DNA from: Gammaproteobacteria bacterium | GTDB taxonomy: Bacteria; Pseudomonadota; Gammaproteobacteria; Eutrophobiales; Eutrophobiaceae | Reading direction: 5' to 3' | DNA length: 64,000 nt | NCBI GenBank assembly: GCA_963422205.2 | Contig: CAXMWX010000001.1 | Span: 551,011 to 615,010 of the forward strand | Shown: in pieces, positions 45,751-56,676 of the stretch | Position numbering within the stretch: position 1 is the stretch's first letter | Layout of the letters: every line of letters starts with the position of its first letter | Position numbers and translations under genes: made by a program | Notes under the pieces: model-generated | The model's database searches: none | Told to the model about the DNA's origin: nothing | What the model saw: only the letters and a program-made list of their open reading frames with translations

Positions 45751-45977
45751 ACCCGTAAAATCCGCTGTTGCTATTCCCGATGCTATAGACAACTCTGCAC
45801 TTCGGCTGTTGGCGGATGAGTGGCCTTCTCTGGCTGCTCTGGAGAGCCTCATCTGAAAGAATCTCTGACTTAATCAGAGTTCCCTGAAATTGAGAACACT
45901 GGCTGTGTGTCGGCGTTCGTTCTGCCCTTTACCACTATCCATCTTTCAATACCCACCTTAGCCTCCGGCATTACTGC

Positions 45978-46003
45978 TACCCGTTTTTTACCCCTTGGGG
46001 GTA
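45978..46003. promoter_or_regulatory. Putative LuxR/NarL-type operator heptamers upstream of the TonB receptor operon
   Basis: TACCCGT, TACCCCT and inverted GGGGGTA (near-palindrome TACCCC-TTG-GGGGTA) directly downstream of a LuxR-HTH regulator. Confidence 0.35.
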
Positions 46004-46094
46004 TAGCGTGGCTGACAAGTTCTCAATAGCATTGTAAAAAAAATCATAATGACGCATAAATAATTTGTTAAGTTTAAGAAAAAGGCAAGTCCTA

Positions 46095-48479
46095 ATGTTC
46101 AATAAAATTTTAAAAGAAAGCATATTGTTTGTGACGGCCAGCGCCTTGGCGTTTTCCACTGGCGCCGTGGCGCAAAGCGTGTTGCTGGAGGAGATCAAGG
46201 TCACGGCGACCAAGAGAGAGGAGAATCTTCAGGATGTGGGTATCTCGGTTACTGCGTTCTCTTCAGAGCAGGTGGAGGCCCTAGGCATGGAGACCATGGG
46301 CGATATTGCCGGTCATGCGCCGGCGTTGGAATACAAGCGGCTTTGGGGCGGAAAGGGCAATAACAGTTTGTTCTTCATTCGCGGCTTGGGCCAAGCGGAT
46401 TTTAATGAGGGCAGCGAGTCCCCGGCCAATGTCTATGTGGATGATTTCTACGTCATCTCCAATTCCGCCATAGATTTTCTGGTGCATGATGTGGAGGCCG
46501 TGGAAATTTTGCGCGGCCCGCAAGGCACCCTGTTCGGGCGCAACTCCACCGCTGGTGCGGTCAATATCAGAAACAAGCACCCGGTGCATGAGTTTGAAGG
46601 CGATATTACTTTCAACTATGGCAATTATGAGCGTCGGGAAGTCATGGGCATGGTGAATGTGCCGATTATCAAAGGCACATTGGCGGCGCGTCTAGCGGTG
46701 GATTTGGATAGAAACGACTTTCACGTCAAGAACCATTTTCCTGGCAAGAACGGCAGACCGGGTGATGAAGGCAATCGTGAAGGTGATTTTGAATCCTACC
46801 GCCTCTCAACGCTCTTTGAGCCCAGTGAGGAATTGTCGCTGCTGTACCGTTTTCAATTCGGTAAGGTAGATGCGATCACCATCGGGGATTTGTCCGATCC
46901 GCTGCAATATGGCGTGGAGAACATCATCGACGCCCCCACGGACGCCTTTGGTTATAGCGAGGAACTCGCCGGTATTGCCGGCGGCGATGATGTGAACAGC
47001 GATTCCGCCAACCATGTGGACAACAAGTTGTACATACATATCTTTAACGGCAGCTATCAGATCAACGACAATTTATCGGTGCGCTCCATCACCGGTTATT
47101 TTGATCAGGACAAGCGAACTCTGGAGGACTGCGACGGTACGCCGCGCACCATTTGTGGACTCAGGCAAATCACCCGCACCGACTACCTCACGCAGGAGCT
47201 ACGTTTTGAGTATGATACAAACGATTATCGACTGACCGTTGGTGCTTTTTACTTGGATCAGGATTACTTCAACACCTGGGAAGCGCTGCTGTTATCGGGC
47301 ACCGGCACCAACGCTGGATTGGGCTTGGCCGACCCGGCGCCGGGCGGTCTCATCCAGGTGACGCCCAACCAATTTAAAAACAAGGCCTGGGCGGCCTACG
47401 CCAACTTGGCCTATGATATTAACGAAGACTTTACTGTAACCGCTGGCATTCGCTATAACGATGAAGACAAAACTTTCAGCCAGGATGAAGGCACTTTCTA
47501 CCATGACCACCCGGATACCGGCACGGTCACGATCCTGGGTTCCACCTTTGGTTTTATCTCCTTAGGGGATGATCAGGGTTGGGATAACCTGATCGCAAAT
47601 CACGTCGATTTCACTGGTAATCGAATCCTGGCGCCCTTTGATGAGAACGTATCTTTTGCCGGGGATTACAAGGACGACTTCCTGAACTGGAAACTCCAGT
47701 TAGACTGGCGCGTCTTTGAGGACATGCTGGCCTATGCCTCTTACCGGCACGGCGCCAAGGCGGGTGGATTTAATAACGGCTTTACCAACTATGTTGCCGG
47801 TCAGGAGAACCTGATTCCCTTCGCCAGGGAAAAGGCGGATAATTTTGAGCTTGGCCTCAAGTGGGACTTCTGGGATGGTCGTGCTCGTTTGAACGCCGCC
47901 GCCTTCTACATGGACATCAGCGATTACCAGGCCTCCGCCTTTCTCTCCAGCGCCACCGCCATCGGCACGGTCGTGCTCAATGCCGACGCCACTTCCCTGG
48001 GCTTTGAAACGGAGCTGACCGTCAGCCCGCTTGATAATCTGGAGCTGCAATTATCACTGGGTTTTCTGAATACCGAGGTGAAAGACATTACCAACGTGGG
48101 CGCTAACAGCAATGCCGTTACCAGAGATCGCAAACTCGGTCACTCACCGAAATGGCAGTCCAGCGGTCTCATGCGCTATGTCTATCCCCTACATGAGAAA
48201 TTTAATCTGGTCGGCATTGCCACCTATTCCTATTTCGACAAGCGTTTTGTCGATGTGCTCAACGATCCCGGCACCCAACTGGAATCCTACATTGAGGGCA
48301 ACGCCAATCTGGGCGTTGAATCCGTAGATGGCGACTGGGAGATCAAAGCCTACGTCAAGAATATCAGTAATACACGGCCAATCTTCCAGCGTTTTGCCAT
48401 CGTTGGCCTGGGTGGTACAGGGCAGGCCAATTACCTGCCGCCTCGCCGCTACGGCGTGCAAATCACCTATCGTTTTTAA
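46095..48479 (+). CDS. TonB-dependent receptor
   Basis: LEEIKVTATKRE TonB box, VEILRGPQGTLFGRN, C-terminal YRF. Confidence 0.95.
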   Translation: MFNKILKESILFVTASALAFSTGAVAQSVLLEEIKVTATKREENLQDVGISVTAFSSEQVEALGMETMGDIAGHAPALEYKRLWGGKGNNSLFFIRGLGQADFNEGSESPANVYVDDFYVISNSAIDFLVHDVEAVEILRGPQGTLFGRNSTAGAVNIRNKHPVHEFEGDITFNYGNYERREVMGMVNVPIIKGTLAARLAVDLDRNDFHVKNHFPGKNGRPGDEGNREGDFESYRLSTLFEPSEELSLLYRFQFGKVDAITIGDLSDPLQYGVENIIDAPTDAFGYSEELAGIAGGDDVNSDSANHVDNKLYIHIFNGSYQINDNLSVRSITGYFDQDKRTLEDCDGTPRTICGLRQITRTDYLTQELRFEYDTNDYRLTVGAFYLDQDYFNTWEALLLSGTGTNAGLGLADPAPGGLIQVTPNQFKNKAWAAYANLAYDINEDFTVTAGIRYNDEDKTFSQDEGTFYHDHPDTGTVTILGSTFGFISLGDDQGWDNLIANHVDFTGNRILAPFDENVSFAGDYKDDFLNWKLQLDWRVFEDMLAYASYRHGAKAGGFNNGFTNYVAGQENLIPFAREKADNFELGLKWDFWDGRARLNAAAFYMDISDYQASAFLSSATAIGTVVLNADATSLGFETELTVSPLDNLELQLSLGFLNTEVKDITNVGANSNAVTRDRKLGHSPKWQSSGLMRYVYPLHEKFNLVGIATYSYFDKRFVDVLNDPGTQLESYIEGNANLGVESVDGDWEIKAYVKNISNTRPIFQRFAIVGLGGTGQANYLPPRRYGVQITYRF

Positions 48480-48501
48480 TGGATGTTAAGAGGCCATCAC
48501 C

Positions 48502-49029
48502 ATGACGCAACCGCTTCAAGCCGTACACCAATTCGCCTATGTCGTAACCGATCTTGACAAGGCGCTGAAATACTGGACTGAGGAACTGAAGGTGGGGCCT
48601 TTTTATGTGTATGAGCACTTCCCCTTGGATGAGCAGGTCTATCGTGGTAATGTCGGCGAATTTGCCGATGTGACCCTGGCGCTCGGCTACTCCGGCGAGG
48701 CGCAGATCGAGTTGATTTTCCAGCACAATGATGCGCCTTCCGTGTATAGAGAATGGATGGATGCGGGCAAGCAGGGCCTGCATCATTTCGGTCTCATGCC
48801 TGTGGATTATCAGGCGGCGCGTCAACATTATATCGACATTGGTCATCAACCGGCTTTCGAATGCACGATCAACGGCGCGCCGCTGGTGTATTTTGATACC
48901 CTGGACGCCATCGGGCATTACACCGAGCTTTGGGATAACAACCCGGTCTATAAAGACTTATTTGACAGGCTTTGTGAGGCACACAAAAACTGGGACGGCG
49001 AGGACCCGGTACGCAAAGGCGAGGTGTGA
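48502..49029 (+). CDS. VOC (glyoxalase-like) family protein
   Basis: QFAYVVTDLD, IELI, GLHH, YFDT..G..TEL. Confidence 0.85.
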   Translation: MTQPLQAVHQFAYVVTDLDKALKYWTEELKVGPFYVYEHFPLDEQVYRGNVGEFADVTLALGYSGEAQIELIFQHNDAPSVYREWMDAGKQGLHHFGLMPVDYQAARQHYIDIGHQPAFECTINGAPLVYFDTLDAIGHYTELWDNNPVYKDLFDRLCEAHKNWDGEDPVRKGEV

Positions 49030-49129
49030 TATTGTGGCGGTGGCTATTGAACGAATGCAGCGACAAGCGAACTATTTAGGTAACTCCAGAGTAACCACCG
49101 GTTAGCGCCGGGCAAGGGTCGGAGAGACG

Positions 49130-50140
49130 ATGAACACAGAAACTATGAGAGCGGATAACTCCTCCAGTAGCCCCCTGAATGGCTTAGAGACTGGCCAGTT
49201 ATTGGACGCCTATCGAAAAATGGCGGCCATTCGCGCATTTGAAGAGCGATTGCATACCGAAAACCTGAGCGGTGATATTGCTGGCTTCATTCATCTGTAC
49301 GCTGGCGAGGAAGCTATCGCCGTTGGCGTGTGCGAGCACCTGAGGGAAAGCGATTTTATCGGCTCCACCCACAGAGGGCATGGCCACTGCATCGCCAAGG
49401 GCTGCGATATCAAACTGATGATGTGTGAGATTTTCGGCAAGGAAAACGGACTCTGCGCGGGCAAGGGTGGTTCCATGCACATCGCCGATCTGTCCAGAGG
49501 GATGCTGGGCGCCAATGCCATTGTCGGCGGTGCGCCCTCGCTGGCCATCGGGGCGGCCCTGACCTGCAAGCATCAGGGAGAGGGGATGGTTGCCGTATCT
49601 TTTACCGGTGATGGCGGCTCTAATCAGGGCACCACCTTTGAGGCCATGAACATGGCCGTGGTACTCAAGCTCCCGGTTGTCTTCGTGTTCGAGAATAACG
49701 GCTACGCCGAGGCCACGGCACACGATTATGCCGTTGGCTGCCGGGACATCGCCGCCCGCGCCGCCGGTTTCGGCCTGCCCGCCGAGAAAGTGGATGGCAC
49801 GGATTTTTTTGCCGTCCATGAGGCGGCGGCCAGGGCCGTTGCGCGGGCACGCAATGGCGAGGGGCCGGGCGTGATCGAGGCGGTGGCGCAACGCTGGTAC
49901 GGGCACTTTGAGGGCGAGGCCTGCGCTTATTTCGCCGAGGGCGAGATCGAGGCGCTGCGCCAGAACAAAGACCCGCTGAAATTATTTCGAGACAAGGCCG
50001 GCGCGGTCGTGAGCGCTGATGAGTTCAAGCGCGTGGATGCTGAGGTGGTCGCCCTGATCGATGAAGCGGTCGAGCTTGCACGCGGCAGCGCCCTGCCAGC
50101 TACCGACACCCTGCTGACTGATGTGTATGTGTCATATTAA
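49130..50140 (+). CDS. acoA: Acetoin dehydrogenase-type TPP-dependent E1 alpha subunit
   Basis: GFIHLYAGEEA, STHRGHGHCIAKG, GGSMH, GDG..NQG, GHFEG, LLTDVYVSY. Confidence 0.88.
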   Translation: MNTETMRADNSSSSPLNGLETGQLLDAYRKMAAIRAFEERLHTENLSGDIAGFIHLYAGEEAIAVGVCEHLRESDFIGSTHRGHGHCIAKGCDIKLMMCEIFGKENGLCAGKGGSMHIADLSRGMLGANAIVGGAPSLAIGAALTCKHQGEGMVAVSFTGDGGSNQGTTFEAMNMAVVLKLPVVFVFENNGYAEATAHDYAVGCRDIAARAAGFGLPAEKVDGTDFFAVHEAAARAVARARNGEGPGVIEAVAQRWYGHFEGEACAYFAEGEIEALRQNKDPLKLFRDKAGAVVSADEFKRVDAEVVALIDEAVELARGSALPATDTLLTDVYVSY

Positions 50141-50152
50141 GGTGGGTAGACC

Positions 50153-51169
50153 ATGACCAGCAAAACAGTACGCGAGGCCATCACCGAGGCACTGTTGCAG
50201 GAGATGCGGCGGGATCCGAGCATCGTACTGATGGGCGAGGATGTGCGTGGCGGGGCTGGCAGTGCGGTTGAGAACCTGGAGGCCTGGGGCGGCGTTTTGG
50301 GCGTCACCAAGGGGCTGTGGTCTGAGTTTGGATCAGCGCGTGTGATTGACACGCCGATCACCGAATCGGCGATCCTGGGCATGGCGGCAGGTGCGGCCAT
50401 GACCGGTATGCGCCCGGTAGCCGAGTTGATGTTCGCTGATTTCTTTGGCGTCTGCTTTGATGCCATCTACAATCAGGCGTCCAAATTCCGCTATATGTTC
50501 GGCGGCAAGGCCAAAAGTCCGATGGTGGTCAGGACGATGATCGGCGCTGGTCTCAGGGCTGCCGCGCAGCACTCACAAAGCCCTTATCATATATTCACCT
50601 CGGTGCCGGGTTTAAAGTGCGTGATGCCGGCCAATGCTTACGATGCCAAGGGCCTCTTGATCCAGGCGATTCGCGATGATGATCCGGTGGTGTTTTGTGA
50701 ACACAAAACCCTGTATGAAAAGGCCATGGAGGTGCCCGATGAATCCTATGCCATCCCGTTTGGCGAGGCCAATATCCTGCGCGAGGGCAGCGATGTATCC
50801 ATCGTGGCATTCAGCAGCATGGTCTATGTTGCCCTTGAGGCCGCCGATGTTCTCGCCCGTGAGGGGATTGCGGCGGAGATCATAGACCCGCGCAGCAGTT
50901 CGCCCCTGGATACCGACACTCTGGTGGAGACGGTTGAGCAGACCGGACGGCTGGTGATCGTTGATGAGTCCGCCGCTCGCTGCGGTGTGGCCCATGATAT
51001 AGCCGCCTTCGTGAGCCAGGAGGCCTTTGCCCTCCTCAAGGCACCGATACAAATCATCACGCCGCCGCATACGCCGGTGCCCTTCTCGCCAGCACTGGAA
51101 GATGTGTGGATCCCCGCTGCTGACCGAATCGTCCGGGCGGCCAGGACTGTGATGAGGGCTGATGATTGA
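50153..51169 (+). CDS. acoB: Acetoin dehydrogenase-type E1 beta subunit
   Basis: AWGGVLGVTKGL, DTPITES, AAAQHSQ, FCEHK, PVPFSPALE. Confidence 0.9.
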   Translation: MTSKTVREAITEALLQEMRRDPSIVLMGEDVRGGAGSAVENLEAWGGVLGVTKGLWSEFGSARVIDTPITESAILGMAAGAAMTGMRPVAELMFADFFGVCFDAIYNQASKFRYMFGGKAKSPMVVRTMIGAGLRAAAQHSQSPYHIFTSVPGLKCVMPANAYDAKGLLIQAIRDDDPVVFCEHKTLYEKAMEVPDESYAIPFGEANILREGSDVSIVAFSSMVYVALEAADVLAREGIAAEIIDPRSSSPLDTDTLVETVEQTGRLVIVDESAARCGVAHDIAAFVSQEAFALLKAPIQIITPPHTPVPFSPALEDVWIPAADRIVRAARTVMRADD

Positions 51170-52304
51170 TCCGCCGCCGGGTATTCATGCCATCACCGTT
51201 CCCAAATGGGGCCTGTCCATGGAGGAGGGCGTCATCGTTTGCTGGCATGTCAAACCGGGCGATGCGATCAGGCCGCAGCAGGACCTGCTCGATATAGAGA
51301 CCAGCAAGATAGTCAATGCCGTTGAGTCGCAATGTACCGGCGTATTGCGGCGCATCCTGGCGCCGCCTGGGGCGACCGTTGCCATCGGGCAGCTCATCGG
51401 CGTGGTGGCTGATGCGGCGGTGGCTGAGGCGGACATTGACGCCTTCGTTGCCGAATTTCAGCAACATCATGTGCTGCTGGAGGCGGAGCAGAGCGAGGAA
51501 TCACAGGCGAGATTCATCACGCTGGACAAGCAGCGCATTCACTATCTGGCCTTTGAAAATACTGCTGCACCACGGCTGCCGGTTGTCATGATCCATGGCT
51601 TTGGCGGGGACAGCGGTAACTGGATGTTCAATCTCGCCGAGATAGCAGGTCGGCAATCCGTCTATGCCCTGGATCTGCCCGGGCACGGCGCCTCCAGCAA
51701 GAGCATCACCGACGCCTCCCTGTTCGGTCTGGCGGCGGTCGTGAGTGCTTTTGGCGATGCGCTCGGGCTGAACAAGTACCATCTCATCGGCCATTCACTG
51801 GGCGGCGCGGTGGCCATGGAGATCGCGAAAACGCGACCGGCATCAGCTGCCTCGCTGGCGCTGATCGCCCCTGCTGGTCTGGGTACATCGATCAACCCTG
51901 CCTATATTCAGGGGTTTATTGACGGGCAAAGCCGCCGCGAGATTAAACGCATCGTAGAGATGCTGTTCTTTGACAAGACCCTGGTCAGCAGGGAAATGGT
52001 GGATAACATACTGCGCTACAAGCGGCTCGATGGCGTGGACAAGGCGCTGCGCGAGATCGCCGGGCATGTTTTTCCGCAGGGCAGACAGGCGTACGATTTC
52101 AGCGACTGGTTAAAGGGCGCATCGGCGCTGCCGGTTACCGTGATCTGGGGCGCCGCCGATGAGGTGGCGAGCGCTGATCACCTGGACGGCCTGGGCGAGC
52201 ATGTCGACATTCACATCATCGCCGATGCCGGACACATGCCGCAGATGGAAGCCGCTGGCAAGGTGAATCAGCTGCTTATGGCGCACCTGTCCGCTTGCAA
52301 GTAG
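51162..52304 (+). CDS. acoC: AcoC-type protein: lipoyl domain plus alpha/beta hydrolase domain
   Basis: PKWGLSMEEG, IETSKI lipoyl Lys, HGFGGD, GHSLGG, GHMPQME. Confidence 0.88.
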   Translation: MIDPPPGIHAITVPKWGLSMEEGVIVCWHVKPGDAIRPQQDLLDIETSKIVNAVESQCTGVLRRILAPPGATVAIGQLIGVVADAAVAEADIDAFVAEFQQHHVLLEAEQSEESQARFITLDKQRIHYLAFENTAAPRLPVVMIHGFGGDSGNWMFNLAEIAGRQSVYALDLPGHGASSKSITDASLFGLAAVVSAFGDALGLNKYHLIGHSLGGAVAMEIAKTRPASAASLALIAPAGLGTSINPAYIQGFIDGQSRREIKRIVEMLFFDKTLVSREMVDNILRYKRLDGVDKALREIAGHVFPQGRQAYDFSDWLKGASALPVTVIWGAADEVASADHLDGLGEHVDIHIIADAGHMPQMEAAGKVNQLLMAHLSACK

Positions 52305-52312
52305 CCGCCCTC

Positions 52313-53125
52313 TCAGGTTCGCTTATCCCGGCTGAGCATGGCGTACGCTGAATGGTTGTGAATGGACTCGAAGTTCTCCGACTCCACCGTGTAAGCGGCT
52401 ATCCTGTCGTCCCGGTTGAACGCCAGGGCCACATCCCTGACGATATCCTCGACAAACTTCGGGTTATCGTAGGCGCGCTCGGTCACGTATTTCTCATCCG
52501 GCCGTTTCAGCAGGCCGTATAATTCACAGGAGGCGACCTTCTCCACGCCATCGATCAGCTCCTCGATCCAGATGAAGTCGCGGGTCTTCACCGTCACCGT
52601 GACATGGGAGCGCTGATTGTGGGCGCCGTAATCGGCGATGTTTTTTGAACAGGGACACAGGCTGGTCACCGGTACCACGACCTTCACACTCACCTCATGC
52701 TGGTGATCACGGATCTCTCCAATAAAAGCGACCTCATAATCCATCAGGCTTTCCACGGCAGAGACCGGGGCGGCTTTCTTGATGAAGTAGGGGAAGGTCA
52801 TCTCTATGTGGCCTGATTGGGCTTCCAGCACCGCCGTCATCTCATCCACCATGTTCTTAAATGAGGCGATGGATATCTCGTAGTCATTCTGATTGAGAAT
52901 TTCCACAAACCGCGACATGTGTGTGCCCTTGAAGTTATGCGGCAGCCCGACATACATATTAAACCTTGCCACCGTGTGTTGCTCACGACCGGAACGATCC
53001 CTGACCACGACCGGATGCTGAATGTCCTTGATGCCGACCTTGTCGATGGCGACCCGCCGAGTGTCGGGCGTACTCTGGGTATCGGGGATATCGGTATTGG
53101 CGGCCAACGGGCTGGGATGATTCAT
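52313..53125 (-). CDS. folE2: GTP cyclohydrolase FolE2
   Basis: [42 protein letters not shown]. Confidence 0.96.
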   Translation of the reverse strand: MNHPSPLAANTDIPDTQSTPDTRRVAIDKVGIKDIQHPVVVRDRSGREQHTVARFNMYVGLPHNFKGTHMSRFVEILNQNDYEISIASFKNMVDEMTAVLEAQSGHIEMTFPYFIKKAAPVSAVESLMDYEVAFIGEIRDHQHEVSVKVVVPVTSLCPCSKNIADYGAHNQRSHVTVTVKTRDFIWIEELIDGVEKVASCELYGLLKRPDEKYVTERAYDNPKFVEDIVRDVALAFNRDDRIAAYTVESENFESIHNHSAYAMLSRDKRT

Positions 53126-53250
53126 GATGCTGTTTCCTGTGTTGATAGCCTGACCATGTACAGCGTCAGTAGTCAGACAGTGGGTGATAGTGCATCAGTT
53201 TACTCGGCTTTGCCGGTAACTGCACGTCAACAAGTGCTGGACAGGCTGAA

Positions 53251-54141
53251 TTATTTTTTCCGCTCGACAATATAAGCGGCCAGCTGTCTCAGGCTGTCGG
53301 CTTTCTCGTCAAAGCCTGCCAGTGCCTGTATGGCCTGCCGATACATATCACGGGCCGCCTGCTTGGCACCGGCAAGGCCAAGCAGCCCGGGGTAGGTCGG
53401 TTTATTGTTATGCTGATCAGAGCCCTGCGGTTTGCCGAGTGTCGCCGTGTCGGCCTCAATGTCCAGCACATCATCGTGAATCTGAAAAGCAAGGCCAATA
53501 TGCCCGGCATACTCACCGAGTGCGGCCAGCGCCTCGGCCCCAATATTATCTGCACACAGCGCCCCAAGCTGCACACTGGCCTTGATGAGGGCGCCCGTCT
53601 TGTGGTTGTGCATGGTGTTTAGCTCCTCCAGGCTTAACTGCTGGCCAACGGAATACAGATCGATGGCCTGCCCGCCGGCCATGCCGCGTGAACCACTGGC
53701 GGCGGCAAGGATAGTGATCATTTGCAGGCATTTCGCCGCGGCAATACCCTGGTCGCTGGCGCTGGTCAGCACTTCAAAGGCAAGCCCCTGCAAGGCATCG
53801 CCGACCAGAATCGCCGTGGCCTCATCGTATTGGATATGGCAGGTGGGGCGTCCCCGGCGCAAGGCATCATCATCCATTGCCGGCAGATCATCATGTATCA
53901 GCGAGTAGGCGTGAATGATCTCCACCGCACAGGCACAGGGGTCAAGCCTCGCCTCGGCCACGCCCATGGCCGCCCCGGTCGCATACACCAGCACCGGCCG
54001 GATACGTTTGCCTTCCGCCAGCACACAATAGCGGATGGCCTCATGCAGCCGTGCCGGTGCCACATCGCCAGCGGGCAGACACTGATCCAGGGCGGTGGTG
54101 ATTCGTTGCTGGTAGTGCTGGAATATATCCGCTAATGGCAT
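53251..54141 (-). CDS. ispA: Farnesyl diphosphate synthase
   Basis: GKRIRP, SLIHDDLPAMDDD.LRRG, GQAID, KTGAL, FQIHDD. Confidence 0.96.
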   Translation of the reverse strand: MPLADIFQHYQQRITTALDQCLPAGDVAPARLHEAIRYCVLAEGKRIRPVLVYATGAAMGVAEARLDPCACAVEIIHAYSLIHDDLPAMDDDALRRGRPTCHIQYDEATAILVGDALQGLAFEVLTSASDQGIAAAKCLQMITILAAASGSRGMAGGQAIDLYSVGQQLSLEELNTMHNHKTGALIKASVQLGALCADNIGAEALAALGEYAGHIGLAFQIHDDVLDIEADTATLGKPQGSDQHNNKPTYPGLLGLAGAKQAARDMYRQAIQALAGFDEKADSLRQLAAYIVERKK

Positions 54142-54162
54142 CAGGTATTTTCCTGCCCACCG

Positions 54163-54408
54163 TCAACTCTGCTCATCGTCAGTCATGAAATCGGCTAATT
54201 CTGTCCTGGCATGGTTTTCAATCAATAGTTTGACTTTTTGCTCGGCCTGGGTGAGGGCCTTCTCACAGTCTCTTATCAGGCCGATGCCACGTTCAAAATG
54301 CTGTAATGACGCATCAAGGCTCAATTCCCCCTGTTCCATCTTCTCGACCAGCTGCTGTAACTCATCCAAAGCCTGTTCAAAATCAATCGGCGTTTTTTTT
54401 CCTGACAC
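54163..54408 (-). CDS. xseB: Exodeoxyribonuclease VII small subunit
   Basis: [28 protein letters not shown]; upstream of ispA. Confidence 0.94.
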   Translation of the reverse strand: MSGKKTPIDFEQALDELQQLVEKMEQGELSLDASLQHFERGIGLIRDCEKALTQAEQKVKLLIENHARTELADFMTDDEQS

Positions 54409-54736
54409 CGTTCTCCTCCGTTGGCTGTGTACCTTTAATCTTAGCAGTATGTCGGCTTGAATGTCATACTGCCATCAGCACCCGGCCGGTAGTCGGTTGC
54501 ACAGGCACAGAAAAAATCCAGTCAGGTGAAACAGCCATGCACGCGCATCTGGCATGTAAGGGCGTGTCCGGCCACAGCCTGCCCTGGTGGGCTCGGCAAA
54601 GCGGTGCAGGATGCTACAGGCCGGCGGGTGTTCAGGCCATCAATGGCAGCCGTGGCCATAAGGGGTACAGCGTTTGGTTTTCGTTGTGGTGGTATTGCAG
54701 TAAAATACCGCCTTCTGGCATGGGGAGGTGTTTTTT

Positions 54737-56623
54737 TTGACGAAAAATTATCTTGCTTCGGATATTGAAGTGTTGACCGGGCTTGAGCCGGTGCAGAAAA
54801 GACCGGGCATGTACACCGATACCACCCGGCCTAATCATCTGGTGCAGGAGGTGGTTGATAACAGTGTTGATGAGGCATTGACAGGCCATGCGAAGCGGAT
54901 TGACATCACGCTGCATCAGGATGGCTCGGTCACGGTGGCCGATGATGGCCGGGGCATGCCGGTCGATGAGCATCCTGGCGAGAATGTCTCCGGTGTTGAG
55001 GTGATCTTAACTCGCCTGCATTCCGGCGGCAAATTCTCCGGCAAGCATTATCAGTTTTCCGGTGGCCTGCATGGTGTTGGTGTGTCGGTTGTGAATGCCT
55101 TGTCAACCCGTCTGCAAATATGGGTGCGGCGGGGTGGCAGGGAATACACGATGGCGTTTGCCCATGGCAGCCGCCAGGCTCCGCTCAAGATCATTGGTGA
55201 AGTCGGCCAGCGCAACACCGGCACAACGATACGCTTCTGGCCTGATGCTGAGTATTTTGACAGCAGTAAAATCGCCACCGGCAAGCTGAAGCATCTGCTG
55301 CATGCCAAGGCCGTTTTATGCCCCGGCCTGACTGTCAGGCTGACCGATGAGGCCGCCCAGGAAAAATTCTCCTGGTGTTATGAGGATGGGATCAGCCGTT
55401 ATCTGTCTGATGAGATGGCCGGTGTCACGCTGCTGCCGCCTGCGGCCTTCTCCGGTGCCATGCAGGGCAATCAGGAGGCGGTTGACTGGGCGGTACACTG
55501 GCTGGCCGATGCCGGCGAGCCGATCACCGAAAGCTATGTCAATCTGGTGCCTACCACCGGCGGCGGTACTCATGTCAACGGTCTGCGCCAGGGCCTGCTG
55601 GAGGCCATCCGTGAGTTTTGCGGCTCACGCAACCTGCTGCCACGTGGCGTCAAGCTCACCGCCGATGACATCTGGGAGCGTTGTGCTTATCTGTTATCGG
55701 TGAAGATGCAGCACCCGCAATTCGCCGGCCAGACCAAAGAGCGCCTGTCATCACGTGCGTGTACGACATTTATCTCCGGGGTTGTGCATGATGCTTTTAG
55801 CACCTGGCTGCATCAGCATGTGGAGATGGGCGAGCGCATCGCCGAGTTGGCGATCAGCAATGCACAGCGTCGCTTAAAGGCGATTAAACCTGTCGTTCGC
55901 AAAAAAATCACCGGTGGGCCGGCCCTGCCGGGCAAGCTGACCGATTGTGCCTTGCAGGACATTGCGCTCACTGAATTATTTCTGGTGGAAGGCGATTCGG
56001 CCGGCGGCTCGGCCAAGCAGGCCAGAGATCGGGAATATCAGGCCGTCATGCCGCTGCGGGGCAAGATTCTAAACACCTGGGAAGTGGAGTCGAATCAGGT
56101 CTTATCTTCCAGGGAAGTGCATGACATCGCCATTGCCATCGGGGTTGATCCGGGCGCAAGCAACCTTGCTGATCTGCGTTACGGCAAGATCTGCATACTC
56201 GCCGATGCGGATTCGGATGGCCTGCACATTGCCACCTTGTTGTGTGCCTTGTTCCTGAGACATTTTCGTACGCTGGTGGCCGCCGGGCATGTGTATGTCG
56301 CCATGCCGCCGCTGTACCGCATCGATGTCGGTAAAGCGGTTTTCTACGCCCTGGATGAGCAGGAAAAAGCCGGGGTGCTGGATCGCATAGCGGCCGAGAA
56401 GATAAAAGGCACGATTAACGTGCAGCGTTTTAAGGGCCTGGGCGAGATGAATCCCTTGCAGCTGCGTGAGACCACGATGGCCAGAGAGACCCGCCGGCTG
56501 GTGCAGCTGAGCCTGGCCGATGGCAACCAGGCCGATCGGATGCTGGATCTGTTGCTGGCAAAAAAACGCGCACCGGATCGCAAGACCTGGCTGGAGGGCA
56601 AAGGTGATCTGGCAAGGCTCTGA
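54737..56623 (+). CDS. parE: DNA topoisomerase IV subunit B
   Basis: GLEPVQKRPGMY, EVVDNSVDE, SGGLHGVG, VEGDSAGGSAKQ, DADSDG, RFKGLGEM; TTG start after GGAGG. Confidence 0.96.
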   Translation: MTKNYLASDIEVLTGLEPVQKRPGMYTDTTRPNHLVQEVVDNSVDEALTGHAKRIDITLHQDGSVTVADDGRGMPVDEHPGENVSGVEVILTRLHSGGKFSGKHYQFSGGLHGVGVSVVNALSTRLQIWVRRGGREYTMAFAHGSRQAPLKIIGEVGQRNTGTTIRFWPDAEYFDSSKIATGKLKHLLHAKAVLCPGLTVRLTDEAAQEKFSWCYEDGISRYLSDEMAGVTLLPPAAFSGAMQGNQEAVDWAVHWLADAGEPITESYVNLVPTTGGGTHVNGLRQGLLEAIREFCGSRNLLPRGVKLTADDIWERCAYLLSVKMQHPQFAGQTKERLSSRACTTFISGVVHDAFSTWLHQHVEMGERIAELAISNAQRRLKAIKPVVRKKITGGPALPGKLTDCALQDIALTELFLVEGDSAGGSAKQARDREYQAVMPLRGKILNTWEVESNQVLSSREVHDIAIAIGVDPGASNLADLRYGKICILADADSDGLHIATLLCALFLRHFRTLVAAGHVYVAMPPLYRIDVGKAVFYALDEQEKAGVLDRIAAEKIKGTINVQRFKGLGEMNPLQLRETTMARETRRLVQLSLADGNQADRMLDLLLAKKRAPDRKTWLEGKGDLARL

Positions 56624-56676
56624 AGGCGGGTGAGGGTGAGGATAAGGCGGGCTGTCACGCCGAGGCCGCCGCAGAC

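Noticed and set aside
45862-45885. Inverted repeat CTCTGA-CTTAA-TCAGAG, possibly an IS/MITE end scar
   Set aside because: Too short, with no transposase or partner end visible.
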